Both the position numbers and the translations under genes were made by a program. The notes below the pieces were generated by a model. It saw nothing but the letters and a program-made list of their open reading frames with translations, had not been told where the DNA came from and did not search any database. This document shows, piece after piece, positions 48,901 through 60,000 of a stretch of 60,000 nt of DNA (position 1 is its first letter; every line of letters starts with the position of its first letter). This DNA comes from Amphiscolops sp. MND2022 (taxonomy: Eukaryota): NCBI GenBank assembly GCA_964187785.1, contig OZ076413.1:44208001-44268000 (forward strand), given 5' to 3'.

Positions 48901-51435
48901 ATGGACGATCTTTATCTCTCTCTACCTACAGATGAAGAAGCCACAGATACAGCACAGATCCTACGCACGGTCTTGTCAACGGGAGGATTCAATTTGACCA
49001 AGTGGAGTTCGAACAGCCGTAACTTTTTGAAAGGGTTGAACTCGGAACTGCGAGCTGCAGGAGCCGACCCCGACAATTCATTGACGCCACAACGCGTCCT
49101 TGGAATGCCATGGGACCCGGAAAAAGATGTCTACTTTATACCACCGGACAGCTACCAAAGTGTCAAGGACATACAAACACCCACTCAACGCAGTTTACTG
49201 AAGTTTACTTCATCAATATTCGATCCGTTGGGACTCACAGCACCACTGAAGATTCGCTTGCGAATTTGCATGCAACTTGCCTGGACCACTGGACAACACT
49301 GGGATAAGCCCATTCCAGAGGAACACTTAGCTGACTTCCATCAATGGACCAGTGAAATTGACCACTTCCACAAGATTGAACTACACCGCCAGCTTCACAA
49401 CTACAAGAGCCAGCCAAAACGTCATGAACTTCATGTGTTCTCGGATGCTTCGGAGAAAGCATTTTCTGCAGTATCCTATTTACGAACAATCCACGACGAC
49501 AACCACATCAGCATTGATTTCCTAATTGATAAAGCCAGAGTTGCACCCATAAAACGACTCACGATTCCAAATTTGGAACTTCAAGCAGCAACTATTGGAA
49601 GCCGCCTTGCAGTGTACATCAAAGAAGAACTTGACATACGCATAGCTAAAACCTTCATGTGGACCGACAGTACAACCGTTTTGCACTGGATTAACAATAC
49701 TCATCAAAGACACAAAATCTTCGTTGCCAATCGACTTAACATTATTCTCGACTCAACAGACGCGTCCGATTGGAGATACGTTCCAACTTCAGACAACCCC
49801 GCAGATGATGGAACAAGAGGATATACTGCCAGTCAAATGAATGTCAACTCGCGATGGATTCAAGGACCACCGTTTCTCTCGCACAATGAACACTTTTGGC
49901 CTGCCCAGCCTACTTCGTCTCAACAAGTTGCTGTGTCTCTTACCCACCAGCCCACCGACCAACACGAAAAACCACTCTTTGAAATTACGCGCTTCAGTAA
50001 TTGGAACCGCCTAATTAGGACTATTGCCTTCTGTTTCCTCGTTGCCGACAAAGCCAGAAATCGCCAAGCCACTCTAACTTTGGAGCATATTACCAAAGCT
50101 TTCAAATTTCTCATCAAGTCTTCTCAGCAACATTCTTTCCTCGTAGAAATGAAAGAGCTATCTAAGAAGAATTGCCTGCCCGCCAACTCTAGAATTTCAC
50201 AACTCAGCCCCTTCATCGACGAGCATGGAATCTTGCGATCGCGTGGCCGACTTGCCAAGGCCACTGTTATTTTGTGTAGCAGATTTCCTGTCATCTTGGA
50301 TGCCGCATGCCCTTCAATCGAACTCTTCTTACAACACATTCACAGCACCAATGGACACTGTGGACTCGAATTCAGCCGTGCCTTAGTTCAACAACAGTTT
50401 TGGATACTCAAAGCCCGCAAGGTGTTACGACAACTCATTCGACGTTGCATCACTTGCCGCAGACAACAGCAGGATGTCATCCAGCCCATCATGGCTGACT
50501 TGCCGAAAGAACGACTCCCTTCCTCGATCAATTTTCCATTCCGTACAACTGGAGTTGATTACCTAGGACCATTTTTCATCAAAGCCCCGCGTGCCGAAAA
50601 ACGATATATACTTCTCTTCACTTGCCTCGTCACCAGAGCTATCCATATTGAAATTACAGAGAAACTGAACACCGACGAATCAATTTTAGCTATCCGAAGA
50701 TTTATTTGCCGAAGAGGGCAGCCTCACTCCATCAGATCAGACAACGCAACTACCTTTATCTCTGCCAATAAAGACCTCAAAGCCGAACTAAAGAAACTTG
50801 AGAAAGCCTCATCTGATATATCTGCCCGCCTTGGTGTGCAGCATATCGCCTGGTATTTCAACCCACCAGCAGCCCCTCATTTCGGGGGTGCATGGGAGCG
50901 GTTAATCCGCTCTTTCAAAGATACCTTCTACAAAATTGTTGGATCGAGAACCTTGCGCGATTCTACGCTTTACACTTTTGCCTGTGAAGTAGAGGCAATA
51001 ATGAACAATCGGCCTCTCTTGCATGTTTCTTCGGACATCACCGACATGGAGCCTCTCACACCGAATCATCTACTACTCGGAAGACCTCAAGCAATCGTAC
51101 CGACAGGTATCTTCGACAATCACACGGAGCCCTACAGCTGGAAGAAAGCTCAAGCTTTAGCAGACAGTTTTTGGTCAAGGTTCAGCAAAGAATACATGCC
51201 ATCTCTGCAAACAAGATCAAAGTGGACGAAACATTCCGATGAACTGAAACCTGGAGATTTAGTTTGGATCTTGGAAGATTACACAGCCCGTGGAATATGG
51301 CCGGTCGGAAAAGTCAAGTCAGTCACCAAAGGCACAGACAACGTGGCCCGCTCGTGTGACCTCATCACTTCTTTTGGAACGATTAAAAGACCTGTCATAA
51401 AACTTTCAAAACTCTTCGTCGATAATTACGACTAG
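45916..51435 (+). CDS. BEL/Pao gag-pol polyprotein (1839 aa)
   Basis: Gag (FNGDPLLW; knuckles CFNCLGPHAFKDC and CRTDGCQRRHHTLLH), aspartic protease LDSGS, RT (WYLPHHPV, YMDD, GFNLTKW), RNase H (VFSDASEKAF, TIPNLELQAA, WTDS, NPAD), integrase (H..H..CITC, DYLGP, SDNA, GGAWERL, PLTPNHLLLGR). Confidence 0.97.
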   Translation: MVKKRNKGQNEATVADDDDVENGTEANELHAANGQSSSDSFSHSQLDQTDDELQQLLSLQQLGLDEIQCSLQFANNCIETGEAVELCQEFFEEAQQKIVDFESLRKQIILHSKSHLNRQSTQLSGVKNDLRSLRLQIMKKRASDQLSHPSEVYPVTRTNPQQVFGNLPSDELQGTSNNPLPAFTIPDSSLQSTAPAVTSNFPGINDTSSQLETAANPLHVAPRIHTEAPVPNNNVLQGVGASQRMSSTFQKSIPKVKPTTFNGDPLLWLDWIGLFNATIHSSDMTTAEKMTHLQTLVKDQAKSVIRGYGYNGDMYFTALKRLQDSFGNPTKIVTSFLQRLNCHPIPTLEQPDSFTVYSNFLTTLVDTFEQLNFQHDIRSTTNVQQALRKLPTETRLAWNRHAVSSGLKQPTLNDVTLWLREFALACSEMPVPQQTTSIKNGQPQFSHDSRSSSGTANHHKSSTNTPRSGPTTDALKKDFCPESKGCPLLRQCPHFKSLDLQSRYDHVKKLKLCFNCLGPHAFKDCKSETTCRTDGCQRRHHTLLHRDQHPAVSSAVNTRRHLPGIVPILPVTLSYGKNQISTYAPLDSGSSVTLLAESAAKLLQPDLERNQQLSVTGINTVAEVDVATIQCFIGPYNSPVQPHRLDKVFSVPTLNVQTAQPAFLNSVCQQHPHLNHVKFPQLSSNSVSLLIGVDSYDVICSRGVIHGPPNTPKALHTLLGWTIVGNSSHQLPTTAQTLLVRTPTMDDELFQQVHRWMRQDIEGVSSAKKAFSSNDRRAEKILQSTTTKVEGRYQIGLLWKENVDLPNNRWVAERQLSGLEQRLEKDSNLKQLYQKTIDDDLATGYIVRVPPNDTTVKKWYLPHHPVTNIHKPGKVRRVTNASSVFKGKSLNSSLLTGSDFLCNLTGLILRFRLHRVAISAEIEAMFMQVLVDPKDRPFLRFLWRNNKTMFDYEYTRHIFGATDSPCVACFAVQCCANDNADDHPDIPAIVQRNIYMDDLYLSLPTDEEATDTAQILRTVLSTGGFNLTKWSSNSRNFLKGLNSELRAAGADPDNSLTPQRVLGMPWDPEKDVYFIPPDSYQSVKDIQTPTQRSLLKFTSSIFDPLGLTAPLKIRLRICMQLAWTTGQHWDKPIPEEHLADFHQWTSEIDHFHKIELHRQLHNYKSQPKRHELHVFSDASEKAFSAVSYLRTIHDDNHISIDFLIDKARVAPIKRLTIPNLELQAATIGSRLAVYIKEELDIRIAKTFMWTDSTTVLHWINNTHQRHKIFVANRLNIILDSTDASDWRYVPTSDNPADDGTRGYTASQMNVNSRWIQGPPFLSHNEHFWPAQPTSSQQVAVSLTHQPTDQHEKPLFEITRFSNWNRLIRTIAFCFLVADKARNRQATLTLEHITKAFKFLIKSSQQHSFLVEMKELSKKNCLPANSRISQLSPFIDEHGILRSRGRLAKATVILCSRFPVILDAACPSIELFLQHIHSTNGHCGLEFSRALVQQQFWILKARKVLRQLIRRCITCRRQQQDVIQPIMADLPKERLPSSINFPFRTTGVDYLGPFFIKAPRAEKRYILLFTCLVTRAIHIEITEKLNTDESILAIRRFICRRGQPHSIRSDNATTFISANKDLKAELKKLEKASSDISARLGVQHIAWYFNPPAAPHFGGAWERLIRSFKDTFYKIVGSRTLRDSTLYTFACEVEAIMNNRPLLHVSSDITDMEPLTPNHLLLGRPQAIVPTGIFDNHTEPYSWKKAQALADSFWSRFSKEYMPSLQTRSKWTKHSDELKPGDLVWILEDYTARGIWPVGKVKSVTKGTDNVARSCDLITSFGTIKRPVIKLSKLFVDNYD

Positions 51436-51501
51436 ACTTTCTCAACACTGACGTTGACTCTCAAACTTTCCTCACCAAACTCTTATTTGCCTCCTGCAAA
51501 T

Positions 51502-51512
51502 GGGGCCGGCCA
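51502..51512 (+). promoter_or_regulatory. Putative plus-strand priming site (weak PPT)
   Basis: GGGGCCGGCCA immediately before the 3' LTR; position fits but purine content is modest. Confidence 0.45.
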
Positions 51513-51906
51513 TGTTATGCGTTGCATTACTCATTGATGAATTTTGACTCATGAATGACTTTGACTTTGTTTTGAATGAATCATACTTGTATTGAGTCAG
51601 CCAGTTTATGAAATTGAAGTAATGTCCCGCTCATGGATCTTCAAAAGAATGAGTTACGCTCAGAAAAGACATTCAAGGTTATGTTTTCCCAGTCCTTCTC
51701 TTTATCGCCATTTGTGAAACATTTTAACTCTTAAATAAGCCTATTGTAAATGAAGCATTTCCTAGCCCTTTTCCAAACCCTAAAATTTACTGTTATGAAG
51801 TCTTTCACTAATTTTACGCTATTTTATTTCCGGTATTTGGAGACTGCCGTCTTACAGGTATCAAGTAGTCTTTGTTTTAATCTTTCTTCAGTATTTATAA
51901 TTAATA
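51513..51906 (+). repeat. 3' LTR (394 bp)
   Basis: TGTTATGCG...TTAATA, single copy of the 72-bp unit, followed by the TSD TCTTG. Confidence 0.95.
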
Positions 51907-52393
51907 TCTTGTATCGTGTAAGTTTTGGATCGAGCTGTCATAGTTGGCATGTCATTTTTTATGTAAAGCACTTTGAATCTGACAGGCGTAGCAAAACCTG
52001 AAGATCTACAACTTTTGTCACTTTTTGATTGAAATTTCCAAATGGCATCCAATCTAGTGAAAAGATTTTGGGCTGTTACATCTCGGGAGCTATCCCTCCT
52101 TTTTATAACAAAAACGACATTTTTTGCATCTAGCTGCCTGTTTCTTTTCTGAAATCATGAAAGCTTAATTTTTTCTTTCATATCGACGCCGCAACTTCAG
52201 TAGATACGGCATATTGCCTGGGAAAATTTTACGCGGTTTTAGGGGTGCCATCATACTGACTAATTTGGGTGCGCATCAACCGCTAGGTAAAAAATTAGAG
52301 AAACTATACCTTTAATTATTTTCCTTTCGTCTGTAAACCTCATGCTACCATCTATGTTACCATATTTGCAGCCAAGCGGTCAAGCAATCGTTA

Positions 52394-52627
52394 AAGCTGA
52401 GGTTTCAAAGCTACTTGCTCAAGATCACAAAAATCTTACTGTTCACTGTTGCTGTTTTTATTCTGCTTTTCTACGCCAAATGCGTTATTTTTGTCACTGG
52501 CCATACCACTAAACTAGTAATGAACAGGTTGCTGAGGACCTGAGTCAATAGGCCACCAAGGACAAATTGAGAGAGATTCGAAGTTGGTACCGTTCCTGTA
52601 CCATCCAAATACTCTATCCACTATAGT
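52394..52627 (-). mobile_element. tRNA-derived SINE copy (degenerate head)
   Basis: Colinear with 22705-22920: AAGCTGAG..ACTTGCTCAAGATCACA...CGCCAAATGCGTTATTTT...CCATACCACTAA...TTGAGAGAGATTCGAA. Confidence 0.7.
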
Positions 52628-52770
52628 CCTTGGTGTGGAATCTCTCTCAACTTGTCCTTGGTGTCCACTATAGTGGATAGAGTATTTGGATGGTACAGGA
52701 ACGGTACCAACTTCGAATCTCTCTCAATTTGTCCTTGGTGGCCTATTGACTCAGGTCCTCAGCAGCCTGT
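52524..52770. repeat. Foldback inverted duplication of the SINE head (104-bp arms, 39-bp spacer)
   Basis: 52524-52627 is the reverse complement of 52667-52770 with one mismatch seen. Confidence 0.92.
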
Positions 52771-53985
52771 ATACGCTATACGTATACCCGTATACCCGTA
52801 TACGCTATACTCACTGATTTAAAATTGAAGATCTTTACAAAAGCGGAAACAGCACTGATACTAGTTTGAATCCATTGTGCTTAAGCACAAAAGGTTCTTA
52901 GCGAATGAGCAAAGTATGGAAATATTAAGCTAATTCAATCAACAGGTGGTTGGGTGCCGGTTTACCTTTGAATTCGCAATATTGTCCAAAAAGGCTTTCA
53001 AAGAGGGCTGTCAAGAAATGCAGCTACTTTTGACATGACATTTTCATCTGCTTTGAAATTTCGAAATGAAAGGTATGAACACAGAAAAAGAAATGGCCTT
53101 GTTAATAAAAAAGTAATGGGATTTTCAGATTTTTCCAGCAAAAGTATACGTTCAAGGGATCAATTTTGATGACAGATTCTCGAATTTTATAAGCATTTGA
53201 TGAATTATGATAGCGGTTTTTTATCTAAAAACTATGAAGGGATGTTGCTTTCTTTGTAGTCAATAAATGCAGAAAACACTAGGCGGAAACACAAATTACA
53301 ACAAAAAATTGAAGCCCACCGAATGGAATTATTTTTGCATGTAAATAAAAACTGTTAAAGTACTTCTTTAAAAAGCTTCAAAAATTACTTTAAATAGATC
53401 GAAAGAAAAATTTTCATCATTAATTATTCATTTTCGTTTCAGAAATTTAGAAAAAAAACTTGATTTAAAAAATATCTAACATGTAGAAACATGGGTTTTT
53501 TCAACAGTGGTCATCTCTTGACGCTATTTGAAAACTTCATTGGTCTATATATAGAAATGGATACATCCATTATATATCTATTATAATTGTAATACGGTGA
53601 CATGCCGCGTCCGATTCTATTCGGTTTACGTCAATCATAGAACTGAAGGATCTTTACCTGCCGGTTGAAACTAAATGATTTTATTTCTGTTTGTACACAT
53701 CTTGATAAACTATGTATGTTAGCTTATATTTGTCGTTGAATCATTTAATACAATTTTGCGTCAGATGTTTAGTTGGTACAAAATGGATCCTAACAAAAAT
53801 GATTCCTCTCGAAACCAAGTTGAAATAGAACAATAATCTGATATTCTGAAAGTCCCACTTAACAGGGAAATTTGCTATCTTGTAATAGCAACCACTCATG
53901 CATTTCAATTACAAACCTGATAGATCTTTTTGAGGCCACAAGACAAAGAAAAAGTCTTGTTTATCATAAAAGGGTTTCATTTTTT

Positions 53986-54435
53986 TTATTTTCCGCCCAT
54001 ATTTCATATGGGAAAGGAAAATATTTAAATCAAACGGTTTTTTTTTTTACAAAATTTGCCAAGATTTTATTTATATTTAAATTTAAGGGTGTTACCCATA
54101 GAATTCAACCCACATAAATTTAGCTTCGTGCGATATGTATTTGTAGAGATTTTTGAAGTTTTTTTAAAAAATGACGAAAATGACCCCTTAATGACAAAAT
54201 GACCCCTTAATGACAAAAATTCCCAAATTTCTCATTTTTAAACGTTTTTATGCAATTTTTGCCATTTTTTTGAGAGACACCGCGAATTAGAAAAATGGAC
54301 AAGATGAATCGAAGCTTTCTTTTCTTCGAACTTCTCAGCGTTTTTATAGTGCATTAGTTATTCTTGAGCCTCATTTATGTAGTTGTAGAACAGTTCGGGG
54401 CGGAAAATATCCCGCTCCTCAGCGGGCGTCTTGTT
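53986..54435 (+). mobile_element. Internally shortened (450 bp) member of the long HINE-like family
   Basis: TTATTTTCCGCCCATATTTCATATGGGAAAGGAAAATA at the start and GGGCGGAAAATATCCCGCTCCTCAGCGGGCGTCTTGTT at the end. Sits in a T run. Confidence 0.8.
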
Positions 54436-56813
54436 GTTCTTTTTTTAAAATTCAATTGCGTCTCATTACCACAATATGTTACAAGCAAAATTGTCAAATT
54501 TCACTTAACAGAAAAACTGACTTTATCTACCCCTCAATGACTCATTACAATTTTAGAATTTTTCGCTGAATGCATTATTTGTTTTTATTTGATGTGATGT
54601 GACCATTTTCGATCGCTAACTGAGGATTTTAAGAAGTGACGAAGAATATTTTCTCCTTAGAATACAATGACTTATTAGACGAGTTTCTTTGTGTTTTTAA
54701 ACAATAAATTGAATCAATAGAATCATGCAATTTTGAGGTCGGGTTTTGACTACTCAACCCGTGTGCAGGAACCTATTTTTATAAAAACAAAATTTTGTTT
54801 TTTTTCAGACTGCACGTACATGGAAATAATGCACTGCGCCGGGCGTGTAACATTCCGGAACGTGACTGCTCTTATTTCTGGGCACTTTTGTTTGTTCACG
54901 CACGAGGCATGATTGAATTTCCCGGAACAAGATCAAACGGAATAAGAAGGAAGGAAGAGTGTTCTGAAGCCAAATTAAGACGTTGCTTCCCACATCCAAC
55001 AAGTGCAAATCATGTCTTTTGAAGAGAGAGTTCTATTATTCTTCAACAGATAAATTTTGGGCAGCCCTTTCAAAAAATCAGCGACACAAGATCATTAAAA
55101 TGTATAAAAAGGTTAGATTACCTGAATTATTTTTCCACCTTTTATTCCCAAATTCAGGGCTGCCTTTTATCTTTCTTGCCTCAGACACTTTTCCATTGCT
55201 CAAAGTTCTTGGCCCGCAGTGCCGAGCGACCCGATAAGAATAATTTCAGTCTCAAATTTCCCGCGTTTTTCATGTTTTCCCTACCAAATAGGAGGAGATA
55301 ATTCCATGATGCTTCAATACCTCACTAACCCAAAGTCTGGTTGATCAATAACTCGCAGACTTTCCTTATAAGCATGTTATAATCTCCAGTTATAACTCAT
55401 AACTAGATTTCACTTGTTCATAAACCTCCATGTTCTTTTGATGTCCGATTAAAACGAAGCCAAGTTCTAATAAACTGTAAAATGAGCTAGCATCTCCAAT
55501 AGTAAAATGAAAGCCACTGTTTTTACAAGGCTGTAGCAATGATTAGAAAATGAGGGGAAGCATTATAAAAAGAGTTGAGATTTCAATCAATTATGTTAAT
55601 TGCAATTGAAGAATTTGAAGGTTGGTGAGAAAGAAATTTTTCTGCATCGACTAAACGCCCCTCCTTTTTGATTAGGCAGCTTCATTTCTTTATTCATACC
55701 TAACGAAGCGTTTTTCCATTTTTACTTTCCCGTGCAATCGTTTCAAAAAAATTGGTTTTTACAGCGGAATACCGATAGGTATAACTAGAGTTCTTTCCGA
55801 AAACAACCTTTTCACCGAAACTAATGACAAAATTGATCCTTTAAAAGACATTGAACTTTGAAGCCGAGTAAAGGAGAAGAAGAAAAAGAGCGTTTTCTAA
55901 TCTAATTAAATGATAAAAACGCAGCCATCTGTAATTTTATTTTCCTTACAAGAAAGGCAATTAAATTTTTGTTTAAAACTCACATGACGCCTGTCTAGCA
56001 TAGAAGATGGCATATAGCTGTAATTAAAATATGTTTTGGTGAAATCTAAAATTTCAAAAAAAATGATTACAAGATTTAAGACAAGTTTCAATTCCAAAGA
56101 AATTGCCAAAAATGCTACCAGTAGCAGTGGTTTAATACAAATGACCAAAATTGAAAGACATCTGTCACATTTTTTCGACGTTTTTGATACCATCGATAGA
56201 ATTTGGGCAAGAAGTTCAATGCATTTTCTCATGAAATTTTTTCTCAATTTTCACAACGATACAAGATTTTTCAAAATGGAACAGAACAGCCACATTTCTG
56301 AACGCAACAAAATAGCTTATTTTCACAGGCCGAAAGTGGGCAAGCTGATTGCTTTGAAAACCATTTTCGAAACCGACTATTTTGTTTCGTTTCAAAATCT
56401 CCTGTTTTTGCGAATCCATCCCAGCAAAAGTGTATGTGAAAAAAAGAGTAGCAATACTTGCCGGTGAAGTCTGCAAAATTTTACATTCGAAAACCTTTCG
56501 TGTACCTTAGAAGAAGAGCTGCCCCTAGTTTCGATCCTCCAAAAAATATTCATAGCTTAAAATCTGGATGAGTGCGGTTTTCCTTCGAGGAAGCATTGTT
56601 AGCTTTTTTGGACATAGAACACCAAAAGTTTGAGCTACAGTTAGTGAAAAACGGCAAAGTGAATTAGAGTTTTTTTTGTTTCTCGAATAGTGCCTTCGAG
56701 TGCTTCATTTGTTAACTTCAATCTTACATGAAGAGGTTTGCTCAAGAATGTATATTTCTTGATTTTGTTCCATTTTCAAAGCTAGGCTCTAAAAAGATAC
56801 GCTGAAGGACTAT

Positions 56814-57006
56814 CCCAGTGTTCGAAGCCATGATATCCTTGCCAAGTTCCATGACAAGTTCCTTGCTAGCCTTGTCAAGATCTTGCCACGATCTTGGCAA
56901 CGATGCCATGGCCATGCAAGATTGTGCAAAGGCAAACCATGATCTTGGCAAGAATGCCAATAGTAACCATGATCATGGCAAGCGTTCCATGGCTTCGAAC
57001 ACTGGG
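56814..57006. mobile_element. 193-bp MITE, 19-bp perfect TIRs, 2-bp TSD (AT), CACTA/EnSpm-like
   Basis: AT|CCCAGTGTTCGAAGCCATG...CATGGCTTCGAACACTGGG|AT; interior built from GATCTTGGCAAG/CCATG-type repeats. Confidence 0.88.
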
Positions 57007-59581
57007 ATTAAACTTCACTCTTCCGTGTCGCGCTAATTTCGCTCCAATTTCACGCTAACATCACGGATTTTCTTGTCCGAAATTAGAGAAACTTTTTCGT
57101 TCGGCAATGACTCACAAAAACAACATTTTCTTCTGAACTTAAAAATCTAAATTTTGAGGCTAATTGGTCAAAGTTTCAGCTGGCTGCAAAACTTTGCTGT
57201 TTCGAGCTAAGTAGGAAACGGCAAAACAAAAATTTTCCTGGCAAATCATGGCTTTGGTATTTTCATTCAATTTCACGCCATTTTGCGCTATTTTGAACGA
57301 AAACTGAGTTCTTTCATGCTTTTCTTTTCAATACCACGACGAAATTTGATGGGGCAATAAATCACGTAGTTACATGATTTCACGCTGCGTGAAATTCTGC
57401 GAAGCCTATTCCAAGCTAAGCGTTCACGTCAGCAGCTGCTGATTTCTTTAAGAACGCCTCGATCGATGGTTACATCTTATTTTTATAGGTTACGAATTGA
57501 GGTGCGGTTAAAAAATAATCAAAAATTGGTCTTGTTGAATTCTATCCAAGAAATTGTGAGAACTATTCATTTAATCAGGTTTTTAATTCTTAATCGATAT
57601 AAAAACTTAATCGGTTAGACCAAAAAGTAGTCGACTGTTAGGCCGAAGCCCAATTGATTAACGGATGCTCGTTACGATGTTCTAAAAACCAAACTGAAAA
57701 ACAAATAAAGGCTGCCACAGCTGATTGACAGAATTTTGTGCATTTTCGGTAATATTTTTGATAGTTGAAAATTCGCGGATATTTTGAAGCTATTTTTGTA
57801 ATTAAAAGTCGACTGAATTTCAAATTAGGGATTCCTCGCAACAATATCTTGTTCAAAGTCACGTTTTTAGGTGAACGATTGCGATGCCGGTTAATTGATT
57901 CACAGGTTGTTTTATAAGATTAATTGATTAAGCTAAACTTTTAACTGGTCTAGGGTTGCTCATTTTATTGTTCGTCAAAACAAAAATAAATTCAAGTCTG
58001 TTGCTCTTTTAACAATATAGATTCGACGTCCGGTTATCACCGTGTGACAATAACTACCGAAATCAATGGAAGCAGGATGCAATTCCTAATTGCGACTATT
58101 GTTAACAAGGAAAGCAGATTGAACTACTGAACACAACCGATGAATAGATTTTTCACGCTTTCTCTCTGCGCTTTGTACTCCTAGGAAAACTTACACAGTA
58201 ACCATTTCCTGCCATTTTCATTCAAATACCCATTGGTGTTTATGAAAAAGTCAATTAGGAAATTAGTGGATAAATATTTAGGACAACGGTAATCACTAGA
58301 GGTTGTTTACTTTTCCGAGAATCGTGGACAAGTTATAACTCTACAAGAAGCACTGAATTCAACTTTGAATTTCATGCACAGCATTTGTGGCTTCGAACTA
58401 CTCTGAGACAAATTGTCCTAATAAAAATCTGATGAATCTATTGCGCTGCTTGATTCTCGGAACTAACTCTTGAAACACGAGACACTGAAGGAGTTTTAAT
58501 GAAGAATGTTCTCAGTTGTGGAGAAAAAGTTCCAAGCCAACGGATTAAATTGTTTCAAACTGGAAGCTCAATACCACCCACACAAAACTCCATTGCACAA
58601 ACTCAACTTATATCCATTTTAGTAGCTCAAATATGAGAGTAAAAACTAATGAAATCTATAAAACCAATTAAAAACTTCACCTGTTTTTTTCGTATTTCTT
58701 CACAATCGGCAAAAACAAAATTAATGCTACTTTTTTGAGAACTTTTGCATATCTAATCATCAAACGAAAACTTCTGGTTGTTAGAGAGTACGTGGTGAGT
58801 TTTGAGAAATATCCTACACAACAAGAATTTCTCTTGTGATGTTTTGGTAATAGAATTTCGTTGAACGAAAACATTGAAGCAGAATTATATCAAAACAAAG
58901 CACGCTTCAATATCCTGGCTCTTTCAACTTTCCAAATAACAAGTCCCGATTTTTTTGAGCACTTTTTTGATCTTTCTGATTAATACGTTTTCTCTAATGC
59001 TTTATAATAACCTTGAAAAACTACAAACCGAGGTTCGAGTTTTTAAAACAAACATTTTGTGAAAAAACCAAATTACAAACGGAAGTTTCTCAGTAGATTT
59101 ATTCAGCTCAGTGAAACGCAAGTTTGACTAAAGGTGAAAAAAAACGAAAACATCCTTGAAAAATGGGTCCATGAAATTATTTTATGACCCACGAAAATAA
59201 ATATTTTTCCTATGATAGCAGCAATAATAGCTGAAAATAAAACAAAAAACACAACGTTCCTACTGCTTGCATGAAAAAATTCCACTCGCTCGTTTTCTTT
59301 CGTCTAAAGACCGATAAAAATACAAGAAACATTCAAAGTATGCTTTCTTCTAGAGCATAACTAGGACGTTATACTTTGGAAATGCGCCAGTGTAAACAGA
59401 AGAAAAATAACATTCCAGTAACAAGTCACCGAAAGACAACCTGCACCGAAAGCACCCACAGGTTACAAGAATCACAAATCTTGCAAAATTCTTCCGAAAT
59501 TCTTGCCAACTTTGCATTTTTTACAAGAATTTTATAAGTTTGTAAGAGAATCGGAATTTTTGCAACATTGGTACATAGCAC

Positions 59582-60000
59582 ACCGGGTTGACCCTCCATG
59601 GATATCTTAGTAAGACCTTGGCAAGATCTTTGAACAATCTTGGCTAAGATCTTGTTAAGATCTTGCCATGATATTCAGTTTGCCATGGTAAGATCTTATC
59701 AAGAGAGTCATGTTCCCAAGAAAATATTTCTAGTCGATCATATTTGGTACCAAGGTATAAAGTTTGATTAAAGAGTCCTGATGCTGTTATTTAGACTAAT
59801 AACATTATTCTATCAATTGCAAAACCGTCGTCAACAACGGCGTCAGAAAAGCCTCGAGCTGAATCGCTACCCAAACCGGACAACAACCACCGTTTTCAGC
59901 CGTAATTAGGCTGCTGAAACAGGCTCAAAAAAGCTGGAAATATGAATTTATAAAATTTCTGGATTTCTAATAATTCCCTGTGTAACTTTCCGATAGTGGC
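59582..60000. mobile_element. Second copy of the 35084 TIR element, cut by the window end
   Basis: ACCGGGTTGACCCTCCATGGATATCTTAGTAAG... colinear with 35084-35587 through ...CCCTGTGTAACTTTCCGATAGTG, with an internal deletion. Confidence 0.8.

Larger units (their letters stand above)
45349..51906 (+). mobile_element. Full-length BEL/Pao LTR retrotransposon (6558 bp) with 5-bp TSD TCTTG
   Basis: Two near-identical LTRs, PBS, and a single ORF with domain order gag-PR-RT-RH-IN and BEL-type motifs. TCTTG at 45344-45348 and 51907-51911. Confidence 0.97.

Noticed and set aside
45980..50498. Short alternative-frame and antisense ORFs inside gag-pol
   Set aside because: Expected shadows of a long coding sequence.
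51436..51512. env-like or extra ORF in the BEL element
   Set aside because: Only 77 bp separate the pol stop from the 3' LTR.
57030..57410. TTTCACGC-rich segment as a TIR element
   Set aside because: Repeated motif seen but no matching pair of termini or TSD found.

Overview
AT-rich, repeat-dense eukaryotic (probably animal) genomic DNA with no confidently identifiable host gene. The only long real ORF belongs to an apparently young, full-length BEL/Pao LTR retrotransposon (45349-51906). It has a single 1839-aa gag-pol ORF and a 5-bp TSD (TCTTG), plus three oddities: TG...TA termini, a 72-bp AP-1-motif duplication in one LTR only, and Glu in place of the first RT catalytic Asp. Most other recognisable sequence is non-autonomous elements. 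A DINE-1/HINE-like (Helentron-associated) family has at least six copies sharing termini but carrying different internal repeat modules. One copy anchors a 7 x ~1057-bp tandem array made of element end plus flanking DNA, which shows a dimeric higher-order pattern. Also present: CCC...GGG TIR elements with 2-bp TSDs (CACTA/EnSpm-like), a nested palindromic MITE cluster, a tRNA-derived SINE with a CORE-like motif (one copy with an amplified 5' end, one with a foldback duplication), and a ~570-bp (GA)n tract. All coordinates and alignments were done by eye; no database searches were run.
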